Part shown: positions 21,591 to 32,205 of the stretch, in pieces | Position numbering within the stretch: position 1 is the first letter of the stretch | Layout: each line of letters opens with the position of its first letter | Assembly (NCBI GenBank): GCA_963677485.1 | Contig: OY781964.1 | Span: 2,016,001 to 2,080,000 of the forward strand | Source: Armatimonadota bacterium | Lineage (GTDB): Bacteria; Armatimonadota; HRBIN16 | Reading direction: 5' to 3' | DNA length: 64,000 nucleotides | Made by a program: the position numbers and the translations under genes | Notes under the pieces: generated by a model | Seen by the model: the letters and a program-made list of their open reading frames with translations, nothing else | The model's database searches: none | What the model was told of the DNA's origin: nothing

Positions 21591-24263
21591 ATGGCAGCGA
21601 CTAACACACCGAGTTTTGATCTCAAAGCACTCTTCGCAACCCCTCCGCGCCATCTGCATACTCAGCCGTTCTGGCACATGAACGGACGTCTCACCACCCA
21701 GCAGATTCTGGCGCAGCTCCAGGCATCGGCGCAGCTCAGCGGATTTGGAGGGGTCACGGTATTGCCGGTGTCGGAAACTCAGCCCGATTTCCTATCTGAG
21801 GAGTATTTCGCCAGGTATAAAGAGCTGCTGGATGAGGCGCAAAGGCTGGGTCTGGAAGTGATTCTCTATGATGACATCAACTTCCCCAGCGGTTCCGCAG
21901 GTGGTCAGATGAAGATCAAGTACCCTGAGGACATCACGAAGAGGCTGGACAAGACCGAGATCGAAATCACAGGCCCAGGCCAGGCGGTGATCACCGAGCT
22001 GCCGAAGGGCAGTGTGATGGGCGCGGTGGCGATGAACCAGCAGTTTGAGCGGATTGACATCAGCTCAAGCGTGAAAGGCAACGGCCTTCATTGGACGGCA
22101 CCAGAGGGTCAGTGGAAGGTGGTGGTGTTCAGCTGTGTGACTGACGGTTACGACCGTGTGGACTACATGAGCCCCAGTGCAGTCGAGAAGTATATCGGCC
22201 TCACCTTCGACCGTTACTACCAGCAATTTAAAGCGCATTTTGGAAAGACGATCAAGACCTGTTTCTACGATGATATCTCGCTGATGTATACGGCGGGCTA
22301 CCGAACCTGGACACCCGATTATAACCGCAGGTATCTGCGTGAGCGGGGGCAAAACCCCATATGCCTATATCCGGCCCTGTGGTATGACATCGGGCCAGAA
22401 ACCGCATCTGCCCGTATCAGCCTGCTGAGCTTCCGCGCGGAGCTGATGGCGCAGGGCTTCCCTAAGATAGTGGGTGAATGGTGTCGTAAGCACGGTGTGA
22501 CGGCCACAGGCCACTCAGCGGGCAACTACGATCCCAGCCCTGTAGACATGGGCGGTGATAACATCCTGTTCTATCAGCACAGCGAGATGCCTCTTCTGGA
22601 TGCCATCTTCTACCACGGGCACGGCCGGAACGGCTTCAAAATGACTACCTCTAGTGCGAACAGCTTCGATCACCCTATCACCGCAGCCGAGGTGTATGGA
22701 GCGTTCAGCGAAGAGGCCACTGATCCCGCGATGATGTATCGTATGGCCATGGAGCTGTTCGCAAGGGGAGTCAGCTTCATCATCCCGCACGGTATGTGGT
22801 ACGATCCCGAGCATGTGCGCATCCCGCCGCTGATCTCGCACTTCAGCAAGAAGCTGCTGCCCATGCTGCCAGCCTACAACCAGTTCTGCGCAAGGCTGTG
22901 CCTGCTGTTTCAGGGCGGTCGTCACGTGGCCGACATCGCGTTGATGTATCCCATCGAATCGCTGGAGGCGTTCTACTACTTCGATGCGCCAGACATGACC
23001 CGATTCGGCTTGTACGCCCCTCCAGAATCGGATTACCTGGAGGTCAGCGGTCTGCTTACGGGCAGTGTAAGGCGCGACTTCACCTTCCTGCACCCGCAGG
23101 TTCTGCAAACTAAATGCACTGTGCAGGGTGATGTCATTCACCTAAGAAACCGCGTGAACTGGGAGGATTACAAGCTGGTGGTCATGCCATCCGGCAAGGT
23201 GATCTCCTGGCAGGCTTTGAAGAAGATTCAACGCTTCGTGGCGAACGGTGGGAAGCTCATTGGAACCGGGGTTCTGCCTACCCAGTCTGCCGAACCTGGT
23301 CACGATGCCGATGTTCAACGCATCATCAAGAAGCTGTTTGGCAGTGTGAGCACTAAGATCGCCACATCGGGCACCAAGATAAAGATCGAGTTGAAAGGCA
23401 GCAGCATTAATACTTATGTTGATGGTCACCTCATCGATGTTACCAAAGATGACAGCTTCGCCAAAGGCCGTATCGGGCTGCGTGAGGCGGAGAACGAGGC
23501 TGGGCAGTTTGCCAACATCCGGGTGACATCGGCTCAGGGACAGCTTCTGTTCCAGGAGGATTTCAAAGGCGATCTACGGCAGTGGAGCTCCACAGAGAAT
23601 GCGGCCATCGAGGATGGCCAGCTCATCCTGAAGGAAAACCAAAAGATGCTTAGCAAGCAAGGGGCAGATTGGGAGGATTACACTCTGGAGCTTGAGATGC
23701 GCCCGAAGGTGACGGCCGCGGGCGTGGTGTTCCGCGCGCCGGACGAATTGAACCAATATATGCTTCAAATGCGTGAAGGGCGTACGCTGATTTTACACAA
23801 GAAGACCAATGGCGGCTGGATGATACTCAAAACTATACAGTTTACAATGCCTGAGTTCCGTGCCCCATGGCAGGTAAACCGGAACGCACGGGGAGGCGCC
23901 GCCTACTACACGGCGCAGGCCAGCCCCATTGGATTGCGCGAGATGGTGCAGGACGCTCTGCCGGTAGGCGATGTGGTGCTGGATTACGCCAAACCAGTGC
24001 AGTCCGGCAACGGGATGCTGAGCACCATCCATAAATCAAAAAACGGCCAGGAGCTGGTGCTGGTATCCAACTCCAGCGATGACACCATTGATACCTGGAT
24101 GCGTATCAACGGCCGCCTTGAGGATGTGGAGCTTTGGAACCCGCACACTGGCCAGATCACGGCTGTGAAGCCTAAGTATGTGACGGAGCATGGTCAGCCG
24201 GTCACCCACGTGCAGCTTCACCTGGAGCCGGTCCACGTGGTGGTGGTCGTCGGGCGAGGGTAG
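21591..24263 (+). CDS. glycoside hydrolase, GH106 (alpha-L-rhamnosidase)-like, with inserted DUF1080-like beta-sandwich
   Basis: PFWHMNG, ILYDDINFPSGSAGG, ELWNPHTG motifs; GGAGG RBS before ATG 21591. Confidence 0.75.
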   Translation: MAATNTPSFDLKALFATPPRHLHTQPFWHMNGRLTTQQILAQLQASAQLSGFGGVTVLPVSETQPDFLSEEYFARYKELLDEAQRLGLEVILYDDINFPSGSAGGQMKIKYPEDITKRLDKTEIEITGPGQAVITELPKGSVMGAVAMNQQFERIDISSSVKGNGLHWTAPEGQWKVVVFSCVTDGYDRVDYMSPSAVEKYIGLTFDRYYQQFKAHFGKTIKTCFYDDISLMYTAGYRTWTPDYNRRYLRERGQNPICLYPALWYDIGPETASARISLLSFRAELMAQGFPKIVGEWCRKHGVTATGHSAGNYDPSPVDMGGDNILFYQHSEMPLLDAIFYHGHGRNGFKMTTSSANSFDHPITAAEVYGAFSEEATDPAMMYRMAMELFARGVSFIIPHGMWYDPEHVRIPPLISHFSKKLLPMLPAYNQFCARLCLLFQGGRHVADIALMYPIESLEAFYYFDAPDMTRFGLYAPPESDYLEVSGLLTGSVRRDFTFLHPQVLQTKCTVQGDVIHLRNRVNWEDYKLVVMPSGKVISWQALKKIQRFVANGGKLIGTGVLPTQSAEPGHDADVQRIIKKLFGSVSTKIATSGTKIKIELKGSSINTYVDGHLIDVTKDDSFAKGRIGLREAENEAGQFANIRVTSAQGQLLFQEDFKGDLRQWSSTENAAIEDGQLILKENQKMLSKQGADWEDYTLELEMRPKVTAAGVVFRAPDELNQYMLQMREGRTLILHKKTNGGWMILKTIQFTMPEFRAPWQVNRNARGGAAYYTAQASPIGLREMVQDALPVGDVVLDYAKPVQSGNGMLSTIHKSKNGQELVLVSNSSDDTIDTWMRINGRLEDVELWNPHTGQITAVKPKYVTEHGQPVTHVQLHLEPVHVVVVVGRG

Positions 24264-24504
24264 AGGGGATAGTAGGGGGCAAGTGAGCATGTGGCTAAGC
24301 AAGCTGGTACATGTCTGCTTATGCAGCGCACTGCCTCCGAGTTTTTGGACCGTCTCGTGATAATTAAAGAAACCTAGTAATCTACCTGGTGATTTTAGTT
24401 GATATAGTATGTACGAAACATCACAATAAAGATATAGGTTTGTGAAATATTAGTGTCAATGACCGCAGATATGCTAAAAGAATCACAAAACAAGGAGTGT
24501 GCCC

Positions 24505-25947
24505 ATGTCTCGCTCCTTCGCCATAATTTCTACAGTATGGGTATCGGTGCTGGTGTTATTAGCAGCTATGGTTATGCCAGCGTATGCGGCTGCGCCGTCT
24601 ATCAGTTCTTTCTCGCCAACAAACGGTCAAGTCGGGGATGAGGTTATCATCACCGGCGCTAACTTCACCAGCGTCATAGCAGTGACGTTCAACGGTACAT
24701 CCTCGAATTTCATCCTACAGAGCAGCAGCTCCATATCAGCTAATGTGCCCGGCGGAGCCACCACCGGTAAGATCACGATCTACACAAATGACGGCAGCTC
24801 ATCGAGTGCGGATGATTTTACGGTCTGGGTGCCCAGCTCACTCAGTATCACGTTGGACCCTGGCTACGGCTACAATGCCGAATTCGCGAGAATATCGTTA
24901 AATTACAGTTTGAATGGTCGGGAACAATATAACGGCTCTGTCAGCATTGATAAGTCTGGCAAGGGGACTATCTATCAGATCAAGCCAGGATCATACACTT
25001 TTATTTTGGATGGCAGCCACTGGTTAAGGCGCACCATTTTTGATCTCGATTTATGGGAGCCAAAGAGTTTGGGGATATCGCTGGCTAACGGTGATGCAGA
25101 TGGTGACAACCAGGTCAATCTATTTGACTTTGTCGTGCTGGACCTCAACTTTGGCTCTGCAAAGCCGATGGCTGACCTGGATGGCGACGGGTTGGTGAAC
25201 CTGTTTGATTATGTGATCATTGATAGTTTTTTCGGTTCACTAGGCGACTCTGACGGGAAGACGAAAATCAACCCAATCGATGGCGCAGAGATGGTGTGGG
25301 TGTATACAGGCGAGTTCCCGATGGGATCGGATACAGGCTATGCGGACCAGAAGCCCCAACGAACGGTATATTTGGACGGCTACTGGATGTACAAATACGA
25401 GGTCACGGTGGCCCAGTACCGCGCATTCTGCCAGTCAACAAACCGCTCTATGCCGACAGCACCAAATGGGGGCTGGCAGGAGAATCACCCAATCGTCAAT
25501 GTACGCTGGCAGGATGCGGCAGCATATGCAAGCTGGGCAGGCGTCTCTTTACCTACCGAGGCACAGTGGGAAAAGGCCGCCAGAAGTCCGATGGGGCGAG
25601 CATATCCCTGGGGTAATATATGGGATGCATCGAAATGCGCGAACTACAGTAACTCCCCGTCAGGCACAAAACCGGTAGGGAGCTACCCTTCAGATGTCAG
25701 CCCTTACGGCTGTGTGGATATGGCAGGCAACGCAATTGAATGGTGTTCCGACTGGTATAACAGCAGCTACTACCAGACTGCGCCATGGAATAACCCTCTG
25801 GGCCCATCCAGCGGCTCGTACCGTGTGGTGCGCGGAGGGTCGTGTTACAGCAGCAATGATAGTGTCTTCCGGTGCGCTTACCGCAACTACAGCTCCCCTG
25901 CGAGCGGTGAGAGCGGTAAAGGCTTTCGTTGCGCTAAGGTTGAATAA
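24505..25947 (+). CDS. secreted FGE-sulfatase (C-type lectin fold) domain protein with IPT/TIG and dockerin-like repeats
   Basis: Signal peptide; PSISSFSP..G..V.ITGANF (TIG); two DxDGDxxVNLFD repeats; YEVTVAQY, LPTEAQWEKAAR, DMAGNAIEWC, RGGS, GFRC. Confidence 0.88.
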   Translation: MSRSFAIISTVWVSVLVLLAAMVMPAYAAAPSISSFSPTNGQVGDEVIITGANFTSVIAVTFNGTSSNFILQSSSSISANVPGGATTGKITIYTNDGSSSSADDFTVWVPSSLSITLDPGYGYNAEFARISLNYSLNGREQYNGSVSIDKSGKGTIYQIKPGSYTFILDGSHWLRRTIFDLDLWEPKSLGISLANGDADGDNQVNLFDFVVLDLNFGSAKPMADLDGDGLVNLFDYVIIDSFFGSLGDSDGKTKINPIDGAEMVWVYTGEFPMGSDTGYADQKPQRTVYLDGYWMYKYEVTVAQYRAFCQSTNRSMPTAPNGGWQENHPIVNVRWQDAAAYASWAGVSLPTEAQWEKAARSPMGRAYPWGNIWDASKCANYSNSPSGTKPVGSYPSDVSPYGCVDMAGNAIEWCSDWYNSSYYQTAPWNNPLGPSSGSYRVVRGGSCYSSNDSVFRCAYRNYSSPASGESGKGFRCAKVE

Positions 25948-26019
25948 CGGGCGATCGATGATCTTGTTGGCGAGCTCGTTTGCCTTCGCGTTCCAGCCTG
26001 TTCACGCCTGTAAGTAACT

Positions 26020-26425
26020 TGCTTGGCTATGTCCGGGGCGGTCTGTCAGTCAGTCTGCGGTGGCCACTGTCTATAGACCAGTCTATTACCCACAAATCCA
26101 GATTGGGATAGTATCGAGCATGTGCCGCGACATAAATGTCTCGGCTATTGATCAACAAGCCCGCTAAACCGGGCTGCGGAGCTCCTTGCCGATAAAGATA
26201 ACACCAAGACTGCTTCAGCAGTCTTGGTGTTCAATAGCCGAGACATTTATGTCGCGGAATCGGTGACCTACTGGCCATGCAATATTTGTGGATAATAGAC
26301 TGGTCTATAGACCGCGCCGGTCTTGTTCCCACAATTCGACCAGAAAGGCACTCCGCCAGACCGGCGCGGTCTTGAGCCTTCTGCAGCCATTAGCCTACGG
26401 TCAGACCGCCCCGGACATAGCCAAC
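26020..26425. repeat. repeat mosaic (inverted family A pair between two family B hairpins)
   Basis: gccgcgacataaatgtctcggctattga...caatagccgagacatttatgtcgcgg; cagaccgccccggacatagcc on both strands. Confidence 0.8.
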
Positions 26426-26501
26426 GCTTGACTGTAATAGGGGCGAACAGCCACTCGCACATCACTCTAACGCCTGATCGTGACGCCACAGTTACAGTAT
26501 T

Positions 26502-29003
26502 TCACTCGCTGAAGGTGAAATCTCCGGAACTCACCTGCCAGTCGTTGCCGAAGAAGCCGACGGCACGCGGTGATGACGAGTTATCGCTCAGAGTTTCCGG
26601 GCCCAGCACGAGGCAGTCTGGGAGCTCCACACCGGAGTTGATGTAAGAGATTCTATCTGTGAGGCGCATTCCGGCAATTCCCGAGCCCGATATCACACCC
26701 ACCAGCGCGACATCGCTGCCGGCTCTGGGTTGGACCAACATGCATCCCAGCTCATCGCCTTTGATCACCCGTTCGCCCACGCTGACTGAGCCGTTCTGCA
26801 CCTGCACTGGACTGGCTGGCAACAAAGCGTGCCAAGCCGCATTGGTCTGGGTGTTTCCGTAGAGCATCACGTTCCGGTCTCTCTCCGCCGTCGGCCGAAA
26901 CTTCGTATCCGCCACAATGTCCACGGCCCCGTTCCCTCGGTACCACAGCGTTTCGGCATCATATCGCGCTTTGGCGAGAGCCCAGTCGTTCTGTTCAGGC
27001 GTTCCCTTCGTGCCGTATACGAAGATCAGCCGGTGGTTCAGCACCCTCTTGAATGGACCGGAGCGCCGTGGACCCTTCATCGATGCTGAAGCCGCTGTGG
27101 TGACGCTCCACTGATCACAGGACCGACTCAGATAGATCGTCTTGCTGGCGGGAGTGGGTATCTCAGATAGTTTCTGACCGTCTACCTCTATAGATACAGG
27201 CGTATGTGCTTTGAGATGCGACACATCCAGTGCTAATCGGGCCACGTTGACGGTCGTGCCTGTGAACCGGCTCTGGCCAGGATCACAGCGCAGGCTGATG
27301 GTGCTGAGCGCCAGTGGATGGATCTGCGCCTCAATGGTCGCCCAGTGGCACTTTGACGACACGCCGGGGTTGGCTGTCACAAAGTCGACCTGCCTCACCT
27401 CGGCATCGGTGGGGATCTGGTGCCTGGCGAATAAGTCGAACATCGGTGCCCAGTCCACGCACCCGTCGTACCAATGGCCCGCACCAGCGACCTCATGCCA
27501 GCTGAAATCTTTGTGGAAGGTGGAGAGCTTCTGCACCATCGTCCGCATCTCTGTGACGGGCACATTGTCATCGGCATCACCGTGAAGGGCGTATATTCCC
27601 AGTTGGGTGTAGTTGCTCGCCAGGGCCAGCGTGTCGCTCGGGTTCATGGCGCGCATCATGATCTCCTGCGAAGGTGTCTCCGATGGTTTCCGGCCGCTGC
27701 CGCCATAGGAGAAAAAGCTGATCCAACCCGAACTTGGCCCGATGGCCGCGAAGCGGTCTGGCCAGGTCACCCCAATATGCCACGTTCCGTGACCGCCCAT
27801 CGAATGGCCGGTGAGGTAGGTGCGCTGAGGGTCCGTTTTGAACTCCGCCTGGGCCAGATCGAACACCTCCAACGCATCCATAGCACCGATGCCTTCCCAG
27901 TCGAAACCGTATGGCCTCCGGTTGGTGGGGGCCACAACATAAGCCCAGCTCTTACGCTCATAGCAGCTCACCTGGCCGATCGCTTCCACGCTGGCTCCAT
28001 GAAGCGTCAGCACCAGCGCGGGTGGTGGCTGAGATTTTGGACCGGGCAACCGCGGAGTCACCGCATAATATTGAAGCGAACCATCGATTTTGCTGATGAA
28101 TGTCTTCTTATAGCTGCTGCCGTCTGGTTTGATGCCGATGTCGAACACCGCGGAGTCTATCAGCCTTTGAGTCAGGCCATCAGTTTCCATCAAGGCAAGC
28201 TGAACCTGGCACTTTTCTTTCACACTTTGCGCTGGAGCGATCATCTTAAAAGGCACTTTGCGCGTGCCATAGGGCGGGATGGAGGGTAGCCTGGTCAACA
28301 CCGGCTGGCCACCTGTCACGCTTGACTTGATGCTGTAGTTTGTGAGGAAGCGGTCGGTGAAGTTGATGACAATCACTGCACCCATGGTCTTTACTGGCTT
28401 ACCGGCCAGGATGTCCGGCAGCATAAGATCTGACGTGTCCAACATGGCTGATGCTCGGGGTGCGGTGAGCTTCGCCCGCAGGCTGCCGCGTCCGCACAGG
28501 AACAACAGATCATTGCGGCCCTTGTGGAGCAGCACCGGAAGACGTGTGTAGCTATAACCGTAGACATCACCAGTCCGCGGAACGCCGTTCACATACACCA
28601 TGTTATGCCCAGCGGCTTCCAGCAGCATCACCCTCTGCACGGGCGACTCTACCGCCATGTAGGCGTAACCACCATTCATGGCCGGATGATGGAATGATCC
28701 GTCCTGGCTGGCTGTGACGGCCTCCCAGCGAAGGCTCGTGCCGTTGGGGTGGATCACAGCATCACCCGCCGCTGGCGGCGACCACTTACCAGACACGATC
28801 TGGGCCTCTATGGGGTCAGCGTGGAGTGTAGAACGACGATTGGAAGATACCACCTGCCGGATGACCAGGCACTGACGCAGCACGATCTCTTCTGTGGAGG
28901 GTGTAGATATCACAGCTGATGCCCCCTGAATCCCCGCTGCGGCAGCCAGGAAAAGCACTGCACTGAGTGTTCTTTGTATAAGCCTATATGACATATGATC
29001 CAA
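26502..29003 (-). CDS. secreted alpha/beta hydrolase (prolyl oligopeptidase/esterase-like)
   Basis: LTLHGA, GHSMGG, LHGDADDNVP, GAGHW catalytic triad motifs. Confidence 0.85.
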   Translation of the reverse strand: MDHMSYRLIQRTLSAVLFLAAAAGIQGASAVISTPSTEEIVLRQCLVIRQVVSSNRRSTLHADPIEAQIVSGKWSPPAAGDAVIHPNGTSLRWEAVTASQDGSFHHPAMNGGYAYMAVESPVQRVMLLEAAGHNMVYVNGVPRTGDVYGYSYTRLPVLLHKGRNDLLFLCGRGSLRAKLTAPRASAMLDTSDLMLPDILAGKPVKTMGAVIVINFTDRFLTNYSIKSSVTGGQPVLTRLPSIPPYGTRKVPFKMIAPAQSVKEKCQVQLALMETDGLTQRLIDSAVFDIGIKPDGSSYKKTFISKIDGSLQYYAVTPRLPGPKSQPPPALVLTLHGASVEAIGQVSCYERKSWAYVVAPTNRRPYGFDWEGIGAMDALEVFDLAQAEFKTDPQRTYLTGHSMGGHGTWHIGVTWPDRFAAIGPSSGWISFFSYGGSGRKPSETPSQEIMMRAMNPSDTLALASNYTQLGIYALHGDADDNVPVTEMRTMVQKLSTFHKDFSWHEVAGAGHWYDGCVDWAPMFDLFARHQIPTDAEVRQVDFVTANPGVSSKCHWATIEAQIHPLALSTISLRCDPGQSRFTGTTVNVARLALDVSHLKAHTPVSIEVDGQKLSEIPTPASKTIYLSRSCDQWSVTTAASASMKGPRRSGPFKRVLNHRLIFVYGTKGTPEQNDWALAKARYDAETLWYRGNGAVDIVADTKFRPTAERDRNVMLYGNTQTNAAWHALLPASPVQVQNGSVSVGERVIKGDELGCMLVQPRAGSDVALVGVISGSGIAGMRLTDRISYINSGVELPDCLVLGPETLSDNSSSPRAVGFFGNDWQVSSGDFTFSE

Positions 29004-29143
29004 AACATCGATACCTCTTGTTTCATATTAGGGAGGCATACTGAGCTGTGGTGGTGCATTGAGCGTGAATGGGGAAGCCGATCCAAGATCAGCTCCCCCA
29101 TGAGGATTGTCAGCATCGCGCCAACACAGTCGGCTCAGCCTGT

Positions 29144-30373
29144 TTATTCGGTTCGAAGAGCCTGGATAGGGTTCATACGTGACGCACTGATGGCAGGATA
29201 CAGGCCGAAGCCTACACCGACTACCATACTAAACACAAACCCGGTGACAGCAGCCCATACCGGTAGACTGATGGACATTCCATCGCCACCGAAAGCACCA
29301 ACCGCCTTGGTAATGAAGTTGACAAGCAATGCCAGACCCCAGCCAAGAGCGACGCCGATCACACCTCCTACACCGGAGAGTGTCATCGACTCGATCAGAA
29401 ACTGCCACAGGATATCACCCTGTCGGGCACCGACCGCTTTGCGGATGCCGATTTCACGGGTGCGTTCGGTCACTGTGACCAGCATGATGTTCATGATGCC
29501 GATTCCGCCCACCAGCAGCGATAATCCGGCAATGGCACCTACTACCATTCCAAAGGTGCTAATGACGCGCCCTATGGAGCTCAGGATGCGCTGCTGGCTA
29601 TCTACGATGAAGGCCGGCTTGTTGTCGTAGCGGCGCATCAGAAGCTGCCATATTTCGTCCATCGCCATATCGGTCTTTTCGGAATTAATCGGTGTAGCAT
29701 ATATCATGCTGACCATGTTCGTGCCGGCAGCTCTTTTTTGCGCCGAGCTCAATGGAATAAGTATCTGCTCATCCACATTTTCGCCCATTCCACGCCCTTT
29801 GGCTTTAGTCACGCCGACCACATTTAAGGTAAGCCCTCTGAAGTCTATGGCCTGGCCAACCGGGTTCTGGTTTCCGAAGAGCCGAAGCGCCACTTCAGAA
29901 CCGATTACAGCAGATCGGCTCCATGTGGCAAGGTCATCGTCGGTGATGAACCGCCCTCTTTCCAGATTCACATCCCGCAGTTTTTGATAGACGGGCTGCA
30001 CACCAACTACAGATGCGTCCATCTCCTTACCCGGCGTGCGGGTTTTCCCCGTGCCTATGCCTAGCTCGGCACTCACTGCAGCCACTGACGGACACTGCTC
30101 CAGCATCGCCTGAGCATCTTCCAGGCGTAAGCCGTTTAGGCGGCCAATGGTTTGGTCAGGCGGCAGTCTCGAGGGATCAAATCCGATGAATATCAGGCTC
30201 GATCCCAACCGTTCGAACTCCCGCACGACATTGGCGCGCGCGCCTTCGACCAACGAAACCATCAAGATAACCGCCGCCACTCCGATGATGACGCCCAGCA
30301 TGGTAAGGCCTGAGCGTAACTTATGCCGGCGCAGGTTGGAAAGAGACGTGATGACGGAATCAAGAAAGTTCAT
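29144..30373 (-). CDS. MacB/FtsX-family ABC transporter permease
   Basis: KLRSGLTMLGVIIGV, GGIGIMNIMLVTVTERTREIGIRKAVGA, PA..AS..NPI.ALR. Confidence 0.93.
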   Translation of the reverse strand: MNFLDSVITSLSNLRRHKLRSGLTMLGVIIGVAAVILMVSLVEGARANVVREFERLGSSLIFIGFDPSRLPPDQTIGRLNGLRLEDAQAMLEQCPSVAAVSAELGIGTGKTRTPGKEMDASVVGVQPVYQKLRDVNLERGRFITDDDLATWSRSAVIGSEVALRLFGNQNPVGQAIDFRGLTLNVVGVTKAKGRGMGENVDEQILIPLSSAQKRAAGTNMVSMIYATPINSEKTDMAMDEIWQLLMRRYDNKPAFIVDSQQRILSSIGRVISTFGMVVGAIAGLSLLVGGIGIMNIMLVTVTERTREIGIRKAVGARQGDILWQFLIESMTLSGVGGVIGVALGWGLALLVNFITKAVGAFGGDGMSISLPVWAAVTGFVFSMVVGVGFGLYPAISASRMNPIQALRTE

Positions 30374-32076
30374 CTTCGACGACCGCCTCCACCGCCAGGA
30401 CCACCCATATCAATACCCTGCCTTGGCGGACCCATAAATGGCTGCGGCTTCACCTTTTCTCCAGGTTTCAGCCCCTCTTTGATCTCCACGTAGTTATCGC
30501 CATGCAGGCCGGTCTTCACCTTACGTGGTGTCGCTTTTGGGGCGGGGTTCTTGGGATCTGGCTTCACTATCATTACTTCAGCCATATCAGGGCCCATCGG
30601 CTTCAAGGCATCGGCCTGAAGCCGCACCACATTCTTGACCATTTGAACCATGATTTTGCATTTGCATGACATGCCAGAGCGAAGCACGGGGTCAGGATTG
30701 TCTATGACAACGCGCACAGGGAACTTGATGACGCCACCCTGCACAACATTGCCATCGGCTCCCACTTGTGCTGCGGGGGCGACAGTCTGCACCCGGCCGG
30801 CGAACATTCGTCCCGGGATGGCATCCAGCGATATCATCACAGGCATTCCCACTTGCACCTTACGCACATCAACTTCGTTAATCAACAAGTTGACCTTCAT
30901 TTGCGATAGGTCTGCCAGTTGCACAAGGCTCATACCGGAGCTGAAAGTCGACACGCCAGAAGTGACGAGTTCGCCACTTTCGATGTAGCGTTGCGTGATG
31001 ACGCCGGAGAACGGCGCACGAATGACGGTCTCGTTCAGTTTTGTTTGAGCATCCTTATATGAACTGCGGCTGGCTGCAATGTTGGACTTCCCAGATATGA
31101 TGTCCTGCTGCCTTGATTGTTTGCTCAACATGGCCACACGGGCACTTAACAACGCCTGCTTGGCGTCTTTATATGCGTTCTTTTGTGCATCAAGGTCCAT
31201 ATACTTGAGTTCATCGCGTTTTGCTTGTTCTTGCGCCCGTTTAAGAGATGCGGTGGCCATGGTATATTTTGATTCTGCACTCTGAAGTTGGTTTGTGATC
31301 TGTTTTTCAATAGTGCCAGATTTTTGCTTGGCGTTCTTCAGACTAGCTTGGGCACCGGCCAGTGAAGTTTGAGCGGAATCAACTTCGCGCTGGCTTACAA
31401 ACCCTTTTGCTAGCAGGTTCTTTTGCCGAATCAAGTTCTTTTCGGCTTCATCTTCCCGCAATGAGGCTTCGTTCAGGCTCGCTTCCGCCTCTATACGCAT
31501 AGTCGATGCGGTGACAGTCTTAAACTGCTCCAAATCCTGACTTGCGGTACGTTCTGATGCCTCAGCCTCATCAAGAGCAGACTTCGTGATTTGCGGTTGT
31601 GTTTGCACATCACGTGTTACCTGCGCCAGTTTAAGCTCTGCATTTTTGTATGCATTGACCGCACGGTCGTAGGCAGCATCGGTGTCGGTATTCTGGACAG
31701 TAGTGTTGAGCACACTCTGTTTCAGACGTGATTCAGAGCCGACTACCTGCGCATTGGCCTGAGCGACCGTTGACATCAAGTCAGAGCTATCAATCAACGC
31801 GAGCAACTGGTCCTTCGCTACCTTGTCGCCAGCATCTACCGGTAGCTGGAGTATTCGTCCGGCCGCCTTACTCTTGATTTCGACTTTTCGAATTGGCTCT
31901 AGCACGCCCACTTCAGAGACGGCCACTTCGACGTCTCCTTTTGTGACATCATATGTGATTTCAAGAATTGGTACTTTCTGAAAGTGCTTCCATCCGTACC
32001 ATCCCCCACCCGCTAGAATGACAAGCACGATGATGATCCGCCAGATGTTAATCCGTTTTTTCTTGATAGTGGCCAT
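30370..32076 (-). CDS. efflux periplasmic adaptor subunit (MacA/HlyD-like) with long coiled coil
   Basis: N-terminal TM, VEIKSKAAGRI..GDKV, IRAPFSGVI, GLKPGEKV; ATG 32076 after AGAGGAG. Confidence 0.9.
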   Translation of the reverse strand: MATIKKKRINIWRIIIVLVILAGGGWYGWKHFQKVPILEITYDVTKGDVEVAVSEVGVLEPIRKVEIKSKAAGRILQLPVDAGDKVAKDQLLALIDSSDLMSTVAQANAQVVGSESRLKQSVLNTTVQNTDTDAAYDRAVNAYKNAELKLAQVTRDVQTQPQITKSALDEAEASERTASQDLEQFKTVTASTMRIEAEASLNEASLREDEAEKNLIRQKNLLAKGFVSQREVDSAQTSLAGAQASLKNAKQKSGTIEKQITNQLQSAESKYTMATASLKRAQEQAKRDELKYMDLDAQKNAYKDAKQALLSARVAMLSKQSRQQDIISGKSNIAASRSSYKDAQTKLNETVIRAPFSGVITQRYIESGELVTSGVSTFSSGMSLVQLADLSQMKVNLLINEVDVRKVQVGMPVMISLDAIPGRMFAGRVQTVAPAAQVGADGNVVQGGVIKFPVRVVIDNPDPVLRSGMSCKCKIMVQMVKNVVRLQADALKPMGPDMAEVMIVKPDPKNPAPKATPRKVKTGLHGDNYVEIKEGLKPGEKVKPQPFMGPPRQGIDMGGPGGGGGRRR

Positions 32077-32205
32077 TTGAACTCCTCTGTATGCCATGCA
32101 TATAACCAAGCTTCACCATCACCCTGTATTACAAAGGTGATTGACCTTATAATACAATATGCAGAGTAAAAAAGATAGTCGGATTGTGATCCGGGAGGAA
32201 CATAA

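Noticed and set aside
25820-25947. FGE-sulfatase C-terminus as a DGR variable region
   Set aside because: The fold is a known DGR target and several codons are NNY, but I found no template repeat, reverse transcriptase or avd gene in the window; a remote DGR cannot be excluded.
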